Notes under the pieces: generated by a model
What the model was told of the DNA's origin: nothing
The model's database searches: none
The model's input: only the letters and a program-made list of their open reading frames with translations
Made by a program: the position numbers and the translations under genes
Part shown: in pieces, positions 18,659 to 29,230 of the stretch
Layout of the letters: each line of letters starts with the position of its first letter
Position numbering within the stretch: the first letter of the stretch is position 1
From: Candidatus Bathyarchaeia archaeon
GTDB taxonomy: Archaea; Thermoproteota; Bathyarchaeia; Bathyarchaeales; Bathycorpusculaceae
Length of the DNA: 64,000 nucleotides
Direction: 5' to 3'
Assembly: GCA_038882975.1 (NCBI GenBank)
Contig: JAVZNE010000005.1
Span: 1 to 64,000, forward strand

Positions 18659-19834
18659 CTATTTTGTGTGGATTTCAACAACGTCTCCATCTTCAAGAGT
18701 GAATGTAGCCCCAACCTTTTGTGGACTAAAGACGAGCCGCTTAGCCCAAACCTTTGCGTAAGCAAAATTTTCACTCAAGTCGCTGTGAATATTTCTAGCT
18801 AAATCATAAACTGTTGAACCCCTCTTCATTACAAACGGCTTTTCTGAAGCGCTTTTTTCAGCTGGTTCCTTTGTGTATACGCGAATTATGTCCAAGGTTT
18901 TGAAAAGGGCTTCACCTATTTCTTTTATTCCAGTCCCTGTTTTGCATGAAATAGCAATTACGGGAAGCTGTTCACCAATGTATTCTTCTAAAGTATTAAG
19001 GTTCGCTTTTGCATCTTCCCTATCGATTTTGTTTGCAACAACTATGGCTGGCTTGTAGACTGTACTTTCGAAAATGGCGTCTTCAACATCGTCCAGCGTT
19101 GCCTCGCCATAAATCTTGACAACGGCGTCTGTAACCCTATAGCTTTTGAGAAGCTCTTCAACATCTTTAAAATTGCAGTCTAGAAGCCTTCCAAAAACTA
19201 TTATGCGCAAGCCAGAACCCATATGCTTCCTTTCAATTTCAACACGTGCTTTCGGCTTGCTGACTAGTATTCGTGCCTTTTCCAGTTCTCCAAAGATTGT
19301 GGAAAGCTGCCAAACAGGGTCTTCTGTTAAATCTACCATTAGAATTAAGCCATCGGCATTTCTAGCCAAGGCGAGGGTTTGAAGACCCCAAGCTCTTCCA
19401 TCCGCTGCACCCTCCATTAAGGCTGGAGCCTCAACAAGTTGGAATTGAATATCCTTGTAGGGAAGCATTCCGGGAACAGGTTCGCTGGTGGTGTAGGGGG
19501 CCGGTGAAACCTCAACTTTCGCATTCGTAACGGCAGCAAGGAGGCTGCTCTTTCCAACGTTTGTCAAACCTAAAATGACTATTTGGGCTGCGCCTTCCTT
19601 CTCTATGAAGAATTTTGGTCCACCTCTGCCAGCCTTTCTCCTCTTCCCCTCTTCGAGCTCTCTTCGCAGAACAGACATCTGCTTCTTAACTTGGGCGCAA
19701 AGTTTGGCAGTTCCCTTATGCTTCGGGACAAGGCTTAGAAACTCTTGCATAAGCTGAAGTTTCTCTCTTGGATTTCGCGCGGCTGAAACCTCAGCCCACT
19801 TCCGTTTGGCTTCTGCTGGCAGATTTGTAGGCAT
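18659..19834 (-). CDS. DRG/OBG-family GTPase with TGS domain
   Basis: Likely start MPTNLP (ATG 19834); PKHKGT, GLTNVGKSS, NKID, C-terminal TGS (L.DGDVVEIH). Confidence 0.92.
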   Translation of the reverse strand: MPTNLPAEAKRKWAEVSAARNPREKLQLMQEFLSLVPKHKGTAKLCAQVKKQMSVLRRELEEGKRRKAGRGGPKFFIEKEGAAQIVILGLTNVGKSSLLAAVTNAKVEVSPAPYTTSEPVPGMLPYKDIQFQLVEAPALMEGAADGRAWGLQTLALARNADGLILMVDLTEDPVWQLSTIFGELEKARILVSKPKARVEIERKHMGSGLRIIVFGRLLDCNFKDVEELLKSYRVTDAVVKIYGEATLDDVEDAIFESTVYKPAIVVANKIDREDAKANLNTLEEYIGEQLPVIAISCKTGTGIKEIGEALFKTLDIIRVYTKEPAEKSASEKPFVMKRGSTVYDLARNIHSDLSENFAYAKVWAKRLVFSPQKVGATFTLEDGDVVEIHTK

Positions 19835-20119
19835 AAACCGTACTCGTCCCAAGAACCTTATTCAAGGCAAACGCTAATATTCATTTCGAAAAGCTGCTCA
19901 TTTGAGCCTTTCTAAATGGGGAAATAGAAAATGATAAACAAAAAACCTAGAGGGACTAGTCAATTTATGACCGATTGCTTATTCCCCTTTGAGCGATTCT
20001 TAGGGTACATGCAGAAAATGCAGAGTTATGATAAACTTAAAATAATTGAATGAACAGTTGTGTAAACGAATCCACTAAAAATAGGGAAAATTTAGAGTTT
20101 AAAGTATGGAGGAAAAGGG

Positions 20120-21427
20120 ATGAGCAGACCTGAAAAACCTCATCTAAACCTGGTGATTATGGGGCACGTTGACCATGGAAAGTCAACAACAACCGGGCAT
20201 ATGCTGTACTTGGCCGGAGTTGTCGACGAAAGAACAGTGAAGCAGTACGAAGAGGAAGCCAGAAAACTTGGAAAGGAAACTTTCAAGTTTGCATGGATTC
20301 TCGACAACCTAAAGGAGGAGCGGGAAAGAGGCCTAACAATAGACCTGCGATTCCTAAAATTTGAAACGAAAAAATACTACTTCACAATCATTGATGCGCC
20401 AGGCCACAGAGACTTCGTTAAAAACATGATCACCGGCGCAAGCCAAGCCGACGGCGCCATACTATTCGTCTCAGCCAAAAGAGGAGAATTCGAAGCCGGC
20501 ATAGGACCCGGCGGACAGACAAGGGAGCACGCCTTCTTGGCCTTCACCTTGGGCGTTAACCAGCTTGTTGTAGCCATCAACAAGATGGACGACCCGACAG
20601 TTAACTGGAGTCAAGAACGCTACAACGAGGTCAAAAACGAAGTTTCAAGGATGCTCAGAATGGTCGGCTATAAGGTTGAGAAGATTCCCTTCGTGCCAAC
20701 TTCCGGTTGGACAGGCGACAACCTTGTCAAGCCCAGCGACAAAATGCCATGGTACAAGGGACCAACCCTAATAGAGGCATTAGATGTTTTTGAAATCCCG
20801 CCAAAGCCGTTGGATAAGCCTCTGCGAATTCCGATACAAGACGTTTACAGCATAACGGGTGTGGGAACAGTGCCCGTCGGCAGGGTTGAAACAGGAGTTC
20901 TAAAAGAGGGTGACACGGTCATATTCATGCCAGCCAACAAACAGGGCGAGGTGAAGTCTATTGAAATGCACCACACAAGGATTCCGAGGGCTGAGCCTGG
21001 CGACAACATAGGCTTCAACGTTAGGGGCATAGCCAAAACAGACATCCGCCGTGGAGACGTCTGCGGACATGTCAACAACCCGCCAACAGTGGCAAGGGAG
21101 TTTATAGGCCAAATAATCGTCATATACCACCCAACAGCCATAGCCGCCGGCTACACGCCAGTACTCCACTACCACACTGGGCAGATGGCATGCAGATTCA
21201 CGGAGCTAATAAGGAAGATTGACCCACGCTCCGGACAGGTTGTCGAGGAAAAGCCATCCTTCCTAAAGACTGGGGACGCTGCACTTGTGCGAATGGAACC
21301 TTTACGCCCAATAGCCATCGAAACCTACTCAGAGTTTTCAGAGCTTGGAAGGTTCGCTGTAAGAGACATGGGCACAACCATAGCAGCTGGCATAGTGAAG
21401 GAAATAACCAAAAAGGGGCTGCAATAG
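20120..21427 (+). CDS. tuf: Translation elongation factor EF-1alpha
   Basis: [47 protein letters not shown]. Confidence 0.98.
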   Translation: MSRPEKPHLNLVIMGHVDHGKSTTTGHMLYLAGVVDERTVKQYEEEARKLGKETFKFAWILDNLKEERERGLTIDLRFLKFETKKYYFTIIDAPGHRDFVKNMITGASQADGAILFVSAKRGEFEAGIGPGGQTREHAFLAFTLGVNQLVVAINKMDDPTVNWSQERYNEVKNEVSRMLRMVGYKVEKIPFVPTSGWTGDNLVKPSDKMPWYKGPTLIEALDVFEIPPKPLDKPLRIPIQDVYSITGVGTVPVGRVETGVLKEGDTVIFMPANKQGEVKSIEMHHTRIPRAEPGDNIGFNVRGIAKTDIRRGDVCGHVNNPPTVAREFIGQIIVIYHPTAIAAGYTPVLHYHTGQMACRFTELIRKIDPRSGQVVEEKPSFLKTGDAALVRMEPLRPIAIETYSEFSELGRFAVRDMGTTIAAGIVKEITKKGLQ

Positions 21428-21605
21428 CCTCCATCCTCTCTTTTTATCTATCAAATTTTAAGCTAAGCCTATTTTCTCTTGAAAGTAGGATTTATAAGGC
21501 GCTGATGGAAGGCTAAATTGGAGATTTGAGGAAAATACGTCCTTGTCAGCAAGTACAGAATTGAATTTTGAAAATAAAAAAGGTAGGGGATGAAAGTTGG
21601 GCGTT

Positions 21606-22646
21606 TTAGACTAATAGTTTCCCGTTTTCCATTATTTTTTTGCCATCAAATATCAAGGTGGGCTTTGGAATTATAAAGTCTTGATGGAGGTCTGATGAAA
21701 CCTTTCCTCCCATATGAGAGTTGTCGCCTATCGCAAGATGGACGGTGCCTCTAATTTTCTCTGACTCGAGAACGTTATCTGGACGTTTCGCATTCGGGTT
21801 TGTGCCCACTCCAAGCTCTGCCAGATTTCTGCGGGAAACATAAGGCTCGGTTTTCTTGCTGAAATCTAGTAGGCTTCTGAACTCGTCGCCTACCTTTCCG
21901 CCTCCAATAATTTCCGTCACGTAGCCATTCTTGAATGTCAGTGTCATTTTTTCCTTTAGGTCTGGATACCAGTTCGGCTCAACCACAAGTTTCCCATTTG
22001 CCGTGCCTTCAACAGGAGCACAGTAGGCTTCCCCAGAGGGCAAATTGCCCCAAGAACCTTTTTCCGTGAATATTCCAGCGTCGACCATGCCATTTCTGCC
22101 TTTCAGGCTGAAGGTTATGTCTGTACCCCCAGGCGACGTTATTCTAGCCTCATTAGCTTTGGTCATCAAGTCGGCGATTTTCTTTGTTTCCTTTTCTATT
22201 TGGCGATAATCTGCTGCCATTGGTCCGCCCGGATAGAACATTTCAGCCAAGAACATTGGCATGCTAGCGACGCGGGCTCCGGCTTTGCAGGCGTTAACCC
22301 TCGCATCTGTGTGGGTTAGCGAATATGTTGTTATGGCGATAACGATATCTGCAGCCTTCATTTTCTCCTCAACTTCTTTTCCAGGATAGGTTCCATGTTT
22401 GCCAACCGATGGATAAACAAAGAAATCCACTTTGGAGTCTGGAAACTTTTCAGCTGCGATTTCGCTTACCATTTTTGCTAGTAGCGATCTTGTTATTGCG
22501 TCTGCAATTTTCCCGCTGTCTTTGGATTTCCACTCCTCTGCTGTTGGAATATCTGTTAAGACTAGGACTTTTTCGCCTTTCTTTAGTCCCATATTCACTT
22601 TGAACATGTTAACGACGCCGTCGACGAGCTTCTCCTTCTCGATCAT
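21606..22646 (-). CDS. M29 (aminopeptidase T)-like metallopeptidase
   Basis: NLPSGEAY.AP, AELGVGTN, LESEKIRGTVHLAIG, HQD. Confidence 0.85.
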   Translation of the reverse strand: MIEKEKLVDGVVNMFKVNMGLKKGEKVLVLTDIPTAEEWKSKDSGKIADAITRSLLAKMVSEIAAEKFPDSKVDFFVYPSVGKHGTYPGKEVEEKMKAADIVIAITTYSLTHTDARVNACKAGARVASMPMFLAEMFYPGGPMAADYRQIEKETKKIADLMTKANEARITSPGGTDITFSLKGRNGMVDAGIFTEKGSWGNLPSGEAYCAPVEGTANGKLVVEPNWYPDLKEKMTLTFKNGYVTEIIGGGKVGDEFRSLLDFSKKTEPYVSRRNLAELGVGTNPNAKRPDNVLESEKIRGTVHLAIGDNSHMGGKVSSDLHQDFIIPKPTLIFDGKKIMENGKLLV

Positions 22647-22679
22647 AGGCTTTCACCATTACAGCGCTGAGGTGGAATT

Positions 22680-23726
22680 CTAGTATTTGCCGAGTTTCTT
22701 GGCAAGTTTGGCGAGTTCTGGCTCAACAACCCTACCGTTGTCAAATATCTGTTTTCCATCAAGCCAAACGGATGTGTTTAGGCATATGCCGTCAGTGTGT
22801 GAGGGTGCTGGAATTGGTTCGCCTCCAGTTAGCATTTGACCAACGTAGCCTATTCCCCACTCCGTGCATCCCCAAACTCTCTCGTCTTCAACAATGTTTC
22901 CGGTGAGTTTTGCTCCAGGGTTAACACCGTAGCAGACGTGGGCCATTCGGAGCATCAACGGGTCATTGAAGCTTTTGAGCCATGCCTCGAAGGTGCGGGC
23001 TTCTTCTCCACCCTCTATTTTTTGGATAACCCCTTCCTTAACATGGAGTTTTATTGGAGTTTTAACAAGTCCTACTGGTGGAACAACAGAGCCGTCAAAG
23101 ACTATCACACCATTTATGGACTTAAATATTGGAGACCAGCCTATTTGTCCGCCGAGCATATGAGACCCAGGAGTGTCCGCATACCCCACTTCACAGATTA
23201 CGGGCCTCTTGGGGTCGTTGTCAAATTCTACATTTCCACCAGCCGGGGTGGTCATTTTAACATGTTTTGCCGCCTTTGTCATTTCCACCAGTCTCTCTTG
23301 GAACTTTGCAAGGGTTGGCAGGTCAACTCTGGCTATCACTCTAACCATCATGTCAACGTTCATGCCCACCAAGCACATGTGGCGGATTTTCTTGTTCTCT
23401 TTCATCACTCTTTCGTAGGGTGTTGAGTATAAGAGCCATTCGTTGTTGAATTCAACCCACGCATCCGCATTGTTTAAGGCTGCCGTTAACGCTTCCACTG
23501 GCAGCATCGGGTCTGCAGCTTTTCCAACACCCAAAGGCGATGCCAGCCAAATAACCATCGGTTTTGCTCCGGCTGCAAAGGCTGCTCCAGCCGTTGCATC
23601 AACAACTCGCGGGTCGGACTCCGTGTCTGCTGTTATGACGAAGGTTTCGCCGGGTTTCAGTTTGAACATTTCTGTGGCAAGTTTGTGCGCCGCCTTAGCC
23701 AACTCATACTCATAATACTGTGGCAC
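22680..23726 (-). CDS. M29/NicX-like metallohydrolase (paralog A)
   Basis: AHVCYGVNPGA.LTGNIVEDERVWG..WGIG and PSHTDG; GTG start after GGAGGT. Confidence 0.85.
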   Translation of the reverse strand: MPQYYEYELAKAAHKLATEMFKLKPGETFVITADTESDPRVVDATAGAAFAAGAKPMVIWLASPLGVGKAADPMLPVEALTAALNNADAWVEFNNEWLLYSTPYERVMKENKKIRHMCLVGMNVDMMVRVIARVDLPTLAKFQERLVEMTKAAKHVKMTTPAGGNVEFDNDPKRPVICEVGYADTPGSHMLGGQIGWSPIFKSINGVIVFDGSVVPPVGLVKTPIKLHVKEGVIQKIEGGEEARTFEAWLKSFNDPLMLRMAHVCYGVNPGAKLTGNIVEDERVWGCTEWGIGYVGQMLTGGEPIPAPSHTDGICLNTSVWLDGKQIFDNGRVVEPELAKLAKKLGKY

Positions 23727-23840
23727 TTTTATACCTCCAGAAAATCCATATGTAAGGATGTCACTTTATAAAGCTTATGAAAACACTTTTAGAGGATATT
23801 ATCATAGATGTTTAATCAAAACTCGGGTTGGTTAGAAGGT

Positions 23841-24383
23841 ATGGATGTATTTGAGGCAATAAAAGGCAGGAGAAGTGTTAGAAGGTATAAAAAGGAACCC
23901 GTTGACAAAGAGTTGGTGAAGAGATTATTGGATGCTGCCCGTTGGGCGCCTTCAGGAGGAAACATCCAGCCATGGCTTTTCATAGTCATCGATGATCCCA
24001 GATTGCTCGACGTAGTGCGAAAGATTTCTCCAGGATATTTCGGGGAGGCTCCTCTTGCAATACTTGTCTGTTCAAATAAGGAGAGAGCCTACAAAGTCGG
24101 AGGTGTTCTCGGTAGGGACTATCTCACGGTCTGCGACTGCGCGATGGCTGTGCAGAACATGCTTTTGGCAGCATACGCACTTGGCTTAGGAACATGCGTT
24201 GTGAAATCATTTTCGCATACGGCAATAAAGGAGTTGCTTGCCATTCCAGAAGGCGTGGAGCCAGAACTTTTAGTGATAGTGGGTCACCCAGATCAAATGC
24301 CTAAACCGCCGCCTAGAATTCCACTAAATGAAATAGTCTACCTAAACAAGTATGGCGAAAAGTTTCCTAATCTGGAGGATTAA
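23841..24383 (+). CDS. Nitroreductase-fold protein, cyclodipeptide oxidase subunit A (AlbA)-like
   Basis: RRSVRRY, WAPSGGNIQPW, ISPGYFGEAP, CAMAVQNMLLAAYALGLGTC..SF, LAIPEGVEP; start placed at ATG 23841 after GAAGGT. Confidence 0.85.
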   Translation: MDVFEAIKGRRSVRRYKKEPVDKELVKRLLDAARWAPSGGNIQPWLFIVIDDPRLLDVVRKISPGYFGEAPLAILVCSNKERAYKVGGVLGRDYLTVCDCAMAVQNMLLAAYALGLGTCVVKSFSHTAIKELLAIPEGVEPELLVIVGHPDQMPKPPPRIPLNEIVYLNKYGEKFPNLED

Positions 24384-24385
24384 GC

Positions 24386-24694
24386 ATGAGCGACGCAAAA
24401 CCCAGTGGAGATGATTACCTTTTCGAAATTGCAGTTTTTCTAGCCACAAGCGCCTTGAACTGCATCGACGAACCTCCACTCTACGGCCCCTTCAGATTGC
24501 TAGACGCGCTAAGCAAAGTTGCAGATTTACCGAAATATGCGCCATGCCTAAAAGAGGACCCATTCCTTCAAAAAATAAAAGCCATTGTAGATGAAAAAAA
24601 GTTTCTCGTAATGTATAACGCGGGGGAATTCAGGAAAGCAATAGACGAAATTGTCAAAATGTTTGCAGAGGAACTTAAAAGGAGATATCTATAG
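24386..24694 (+). CDS. DUF6092 protein, cyclodipeptide oxidase subunit B (AlbB)-like
   Basis: EIAVFLATSA..C.DEPPLYGPFRLLD matches the AlbB-type (L/I)A.(Y/F)L.(S/T)S...EP..YG..R..D signature as recalled; starts 2 nt after the AlbA-like stop. Confidence 0.8.
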   Translation: MSDAKPSGDDYLFEIAVFLATSALNCIDEPPLYGPFRLLDALSKVADLPKYAPCLKEDPFLQKIKAIVDEKKFLVMYNAGEFRKAIDEIVKMFAEELKRRYL

Positions 24695-24851
24695 AAAAAG
24701 CAAATGAAGGCGGCGGATGATTTTCCAAAACATAAACATGCTTGCCTAAGGTAATGGCTCAGCAAAACCTCCTTTTCTTTTCATGAACTGGAGTTACGCC
24801 TTTAAGAAAGATTATTAATGATTATTTGCTTCAATGGTTTGAGGGAAGGTC

Positions 24852-27296
24852 ATGCTTGGAGCGGCATACTTAAGTGACAGCCAAAAGATTGAGGAGGAAG
24901 AAGAGAGAAGAAAAGCTGCCATAAAACCAATAAATGAAAGAATAGCGAGGCTTAGAGAAGAAAGCGTTAAGGCTGAGGTCAAACTTTCGGTTGAGAGGGC
25001 AAAGCTGATAACAGAATTTTACAAAAGCGATGAAGTTAAAGGTAAGTCCATCCCTGTCCAACGCGCATTAGCATTCAAACACTTATTGGAACACGTTTCT
25101 CTGCCCCTTGAAGATGGCCAGCTAATAGTTGGCTTAAGAGGGACAGGCCCCAAAGAAGTCCCCACTTACCCAGAAATATGCGTCCACTCAATGGAGGATC
25201 TAGAAGTTTTAGATTCACGGAAGAACATGCCCTACAAAGTGGATGAGAAAGCTAAGGAAGCCTACAAAAATGAAATTATTCCTTTCTGGAAAGGCAGATC
25301 GATGAGGGATATAATATTTAGTAACTTACCCCAAGAGTGGAAAGACGCCTATGAGGCTGGCGTGTGGACCGAGTTCATGGAGCAGAGGGCGCCTGGACAT
25401 ACAGCAGGTGGGGAAAGAATCTTCAAGATGGGTCTTTTAGCGATAAAAGAGGAGATTAAGCAGCGGATGGAAGGGCTTGATCCATGCGACCCAGAATATT
25501 ATGAGAAGATGGAAGAGTTGAAAGCCATGAATATAGTGGCTGACGCGTTGATAATTTATGCGGGGCGTTATGCTGAAAAATTGGAAAAGATGGCGGAGAA
25601 GGAGACAAATTCTCATAGAAAAGAAGAGCTTACGCAGATGGCGCAAATATGCCGCTGGGTTCCGGCGAACGCTCCCCGAACTTTTTGGGAAGCCCTCCAG
25701 CATTATTGGTTTATTCATGTTGGCATAACTTACGAAACAAACCCGTGGGACTCGTTTACTCCTGGACGGTTAGACCAGCATCTTTACCCGTTCTATAAAC
25801 GGGATGTTGAGGAGGGAAGACTCACAAGGGAGAGGGCAAAAGAGCTCCTCGAAGCCTTCTGGGTTAAATTTAATAATCAGCCGGCGGTTCCTAAGGTTGG
25901 TGTGACATTAGAGGAAAGCTTCACCTACAACGACTTCTCAAAAATCAACATTGGAGGATTAAAAGAGGACGGCGCAGACGCAGTTAATGAACTCTCATAC
26001 CTAATTCTAGAAGTACTAGATGAAATGCGTACAATGCAACCCAACACGGCTGTTCTGATAAGTGGCAGAAATCCAAACAGTTTTCTCATAAAAGCTTTAA
26101 AGGTTGTAGCTCCAGGATTTGGTGAGCCCCCAATATTCAACTTCGACGGCGCAATTATAAAGATGCTTCGACAGGGCAAAACGTTAGAGGACGCACGCAA
26201 ATGCGGAGTAAGCGGATGCGTAGAAACAGGAGCCTTTGGAAAAGAGGCGTACATATTGACGGGCTATTTAAACCTTCCAAAAATCCTCGAAATAACATTA
26301 AACAATGGAGTGGACCCAAGGACAGGGAAGAGGATTGGCATAGAAACCGGCGACCCGAGGAATTTCAAAAACTTTGAAGAATTTTTCAACGCCTTTTTGA
26401 AGCAGTTAAAACACTTTGTTTCATTAAAGGTTAAAGGAAACGACATAATAGAAACCCTTTACGCTAAATATTTACCAGTTCCATTTTTGTCACTCTGGAT
26501 TGAGGATTGTGTAAAAAATGCAAAGGACTACAATTGCGGTGGAGCGAGATATAATACAAGCTACATTCAGGTTGTTGGATTAGGAACCATCACGGATTGT
26601 TTAGCCTCGCTGAAATATAACGTGTTTGAGAAGGGAAACTTTGCAATGGGTGAAGTTCTCGAGGCCCTTAACAGAAATTATGAAGGATATGAAGTGATGC
26701 GTCAAATCTTCTTGAATAAAACTCCGAAATATGGTAATGACGATGATTATGCTGATGAAATTGCAAAGAGAATAGTTAACGCTGTTGTTGAGTTGATAGA
26801 GAGCTATCCTTTAACACCGATAAGAAAGGCTTCCCGAAGGGCCTATTTCCTCCCAACAACGGTGCACATATATTTCGGCAAAGTAACTGGAGCAACACCA
26901 GACGGGAGAAAGGCTGGACAACCATTGTCTGAGGGCGTTTCTCCGGTTCAAGGAATGGATAGAAAGGGGATAGTTGCGGTCTTCAGATCAGTCTCAAAAA
27001 TTGACTGGGACAAAACAGGTGGCGCGTTGCTTAACCAGAAACTTAGTCCAGACTTAACAAGGGGTGAAGAAAACCTTGAAAAATTAGCTCATACCATTAG
27101 AACCTTCTTCGTAATGGGTGGACATCACGTTCAGTTCAATGTTGTAAGCACTGAGCTACTCCGTGAAGCGCAAAGACGCCCACAAGACTTTCAAGACCTA
27201 ATGGTCAGAGTGGCAGGGTACAGCGACTACTTTGTAAACCTTCCAAAGGGGCTTCAAGATGAAATAATTGCACGAACAGAACAGAGGGAGATTTGA
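24852..27296 (+). CDS. hypD: Glycyl radical enzyme, trans-4-hydroxy-L-proline dehydratase
   Basis: HypD-type active-site segments FMEQRAPGH, WDSFTPGRLDQ, ESFTYNDF, SGCVE, EAYILTGY, LPTT, plus the glycyl radical motif RVAGY. Confidence 0.9.
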   Translation: MLGAAYLSDSQKIEEEEERRKAAIKPINERIARLREESVKAEVKLSVERAKLITEFYKSDEVKGKSIPVQRALAFKHLLEHVSLPLEDGQLIVGLRGTGPKEVPTYPEICVHSMEDLEVLDSRKNMPYKVDEKAKEAYKNEIIPFWKGRSMRDIIFSNLPQEWKDAYEAGVWTEFMEQRAPGHTAGGERIFKMGLLAIKEEIKQRMEGLDPCDPEYYEKMEELKAMNIVADALIIYAGRYAEKLEKMAEKETNSHRKEELTQMAQICRWVPANAPRTFWEALQHYWFIHVGITYETNPWDSFTPGRLDQHLYPFYKRDVEEGRLTRERAKELLEAFWVKFNNQPAVPKVGVTLEESFTYNDFSKINIGGLKEDGADAVNELSYLILEVLDEMRTMQPNTAVLISGRNPNSFLIKALKVVAPGFGEPPIFNFDGAIIKMLRQGKTLEDARKCGVSGCVETGAFGKEAYILTGYLNLPKILEITLNNGVDPRTGKRIGIETGDPRNFKNFEEFFNAFLKQLKHFVSLKVKGNDIIETLYAKYLPVPFLSLWIEDCVKNAKDYNCGGARYNTSYIQVVGLGTITDCLASLKYNVFEKGNFAMGEVLEALNRNYEGYEVMRQIFLNKTPKYGNDDDYADEIAKRIVNAVVELIESYPLTPIRKASRRAYFLPTTVHIYFGKVTGATPDGRKAGQPLSEGVSPVQGMDRKGIVAVFRSVSKIDWDKTGGALLNQKLSPDLTRGEENLEKLAHTIRTFFVMGGHHVQFNVVSTELLREAQRRPQDFQDLMVRVAGYSDYFVNLPKGLQDEIIARTEQREI

Positions 27297-28218
27297 GACG
27301 CCGGAAAAACATGTGGAAGGAAGAATATTTGACATAATGCGGTACGCAATACACGATGGACCAGGAGTTAGAACAACAGTTTTTATGAAGGGCTGTCCAC
27401 TACAATGCTGGTGGTGTCACAACCCCGAGGGAATCTCAAGCACCAACGACCTCGCATATTTTGATTACAAATGCATAGGTTGTAAAACATGCCTAAAAAA
27501 TTGCCCCACTAAAGCCATAACATTTGAGGGGGATAAACAGATCATCCACAGAGAGGCTTGCACAAAATGTTGTGTTTGCGCAGAAGCATGTCCAACGGGA
27601 GCTCTAAAAATAATAGGGCGTACAATCAGCCTAGAAGAGTTGATAGCCACCATTGAGAGAGACGTTATACTATATGATGCATCGGGTGGAGGGGTAACCT
27701 TCTCCGGAGGTGAACCTCTTTTCCAACCACTGTTCCTAAAGGAGGCCATAAAAGAGTGTAAGAACAGGAAAATTCATGTGGCATTGGATACCTCTGGATA
27801 TGCCCATCCAGAAGTTTTTAGGTCCATTGCAGAAAATGTTGATCTGTTTCTTTACGACTTAAAGCTGTTGAACGACCTTGATCATCGCAAATATACAGGT
27901 GTCTCAAACAAGTTCATCTTAGATAATCTTATTCGCCTTGTGAAGGACGGGAGGGGGAAAGATATCATCCTCCGATTCCCTGTGGTGCCCCAGATCACCG
28001 ATACGGATGAAAACATTAAGAACTTGTTGGAGTTTCTCAAGCTTTTAAATGGTGTTGAGGAGGTTGACTTGCTGCCCTTCCATGATATAGGCGAAAAGTA
28101 CATGCGTATTGGGAAAAGATATTTGATGACATTCCGTAGCGCACCCTCAAAGGAGAAACTTATCCACATAAAAGAGAAAATTGAGGCTATGGGCCTTCGG
28201 GTTAAGATTGGAGGCTAA
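27268..28218 (+). CDS. Glycyl-radical enzyme activating protein (radical SAM with ferredoxin insert)
   Basis: HDGPGVRTTVF.KGCPLQCWWCHNPE, two CxxCxxC motifs, GGVTFSGGEP; real start may be GTG 27313. Confidence 0.93.
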   Translation: MHEQNRGRFETPEKHVEGRIFDIMRYAIHDGPGVRTTVFMKGCPLQCWWCHNPEGISSTNDLAYFDYKCIGCKTCLKNCPTKAITFEGDKQIIHREACTKCCVCAEACPTGALKIIGRTISLEELIATIERDVILYDASGGGVTFSGGEPLFQPLFLKEAIKECKNRKIHVALDTSGYAHPEVFRSIAENVDLFLYDLKLLNDLDHRKYTGVSNKFILDNLIRLVKDGRGKDIILRFPVVPQITDTDENIKNLLEFLKLLNGVEEVDLLPFHDIGEKYMRIGKRYLMTFRSAPSKEKLIHIKEKIEAMGLRVKIGG

Positions 28219-28252
28219 ATTTTAGAGTAAACATTTTTGAAATCGGGTGAGT

Positions 28253-29224
28253 TCACTTCGTGTAAAGGTGGCATGCCACGTAATGGTCTGCCTCTGTCGC
28301 TATAAACTCTGGTTCTTTTGTTTTGCATATGTCGGTTACATAGGGGCATCTGGTGTGGAAGCGGCATCCCGGTGGAGGATTAATTGCGCTTGGTACTTCA
28401 CCCCTTGACGTTATTCCTCTAGGCTTAAGTTTCTCTTCTTCATCTGTTAGCACAGGCACGGATGAAAGTAGCATCTGGGTGTAAGGATGTAATGGTTTTT
28501 GGAAGAATGTTGCAGTTGGGGCAAACTCAACAATTTTCGCCAAATACATTATGGCAACCCTTGAGGCAACATTCCTCATAAGGCTTAGATCATGTGTTAT
28601 AAACAAGTATGAAAGATTTAGTTCTTGCTGAAGCTTCATTAAAACCCGAATAATCTTAGCTTGGATTGACACGTCAAGGGCGGATGTAGGCTCATCAAGC
28701 ACTATAAATGAGGGGCTTGTCGCTATGGCACGGGCAATTGCAATTGCTTGCCGTTCCCCTCCACCCAAGTCTTTCGGTCTCCTCTGCATGAACTTTTCTG
28801 CAGGCAACTCCACAGCTTCAAGGAGCGATGCAACTTTTTTGTCAAGTTCCTCGTGACTTTTAACCAGACCGTGAATTTTTAGAGGCAGCCCAACTATTTC
28901 CTTCACAGTTTTTGTGGGATTTAAGGAAGAAGCGGGATCTTGGAAGACTATTGCCATATCTTTTTTCAAATGTTTGGGCCGCTTTTTGGCATGGAATGAA
29001 ATGTCTTCTCCTTTAAAGATTATCTTTCCGGATGTGGGAGTGTAAATTCCCATTATTACATATCCTGTTGTGCTTTTCCCCGAACCAGACTCTCCCACAA
29101 GGCCAAAAGTTTCGCCTGGTTTTATTGCAAAGCTTATTCCGTCAACGGCTCTTACTGTTCCAAAAGTTGTTTTGAAATATTTTACCAAGTTGTCTACAAC
29201 GAGTAAGCCTTCATTTTTCTCCAT
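28253..29224 (-). CDS. Oligo/dipeptide ABC transporter ATP-binding subunit (OppF/DppF)
   Basis: GESGSGKS, LDEPTSALD, PLHPYT, GCRFHTRC. Confidence 0.93.
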   Translation of the reverse strand: MEKNEGLLVVDNLVKYFKTTFGTVRAVDGISFAIKPGETFGLVGESGSGKSTTGYVIMGIYTPTSGKIIFKGEDISFHAKKRPKHLKKDMAIVFQDPASSLNPTKTVKEIVGLPLKIHGLVKSHEELDKKVASLLEAVELPAEKFMQRRPKDLGGGERQAIAIARAIATSPSFIVLDEPTSALDVSIQAKIIRVLMKLQQELNLSYLFITHDLSLMRNVASRVAIMYLAKIVEFAPTATFFQKPLHPYTQMLLSSVPVLTDEEEKLKPRGITSRGEVPSAINPPPGCRFHTRCPYVTDICKTKEPEFIATEADHYVACHLYTK

Positions 29225-29230
29225 GCATTT

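Noticed and set aside
22836-23426. 196-aa plus-strand ORF and the many similar short ORFs opposite long genes
   Set aside because: Antisense to well-supported genes, no recognisable motifs
24852-27296. Pyruvate formate-lyase or choline TMA-lyase call
   Set aside because: Single-Cys SGCVE motif and HypD-type residues, not the PFL CC motif
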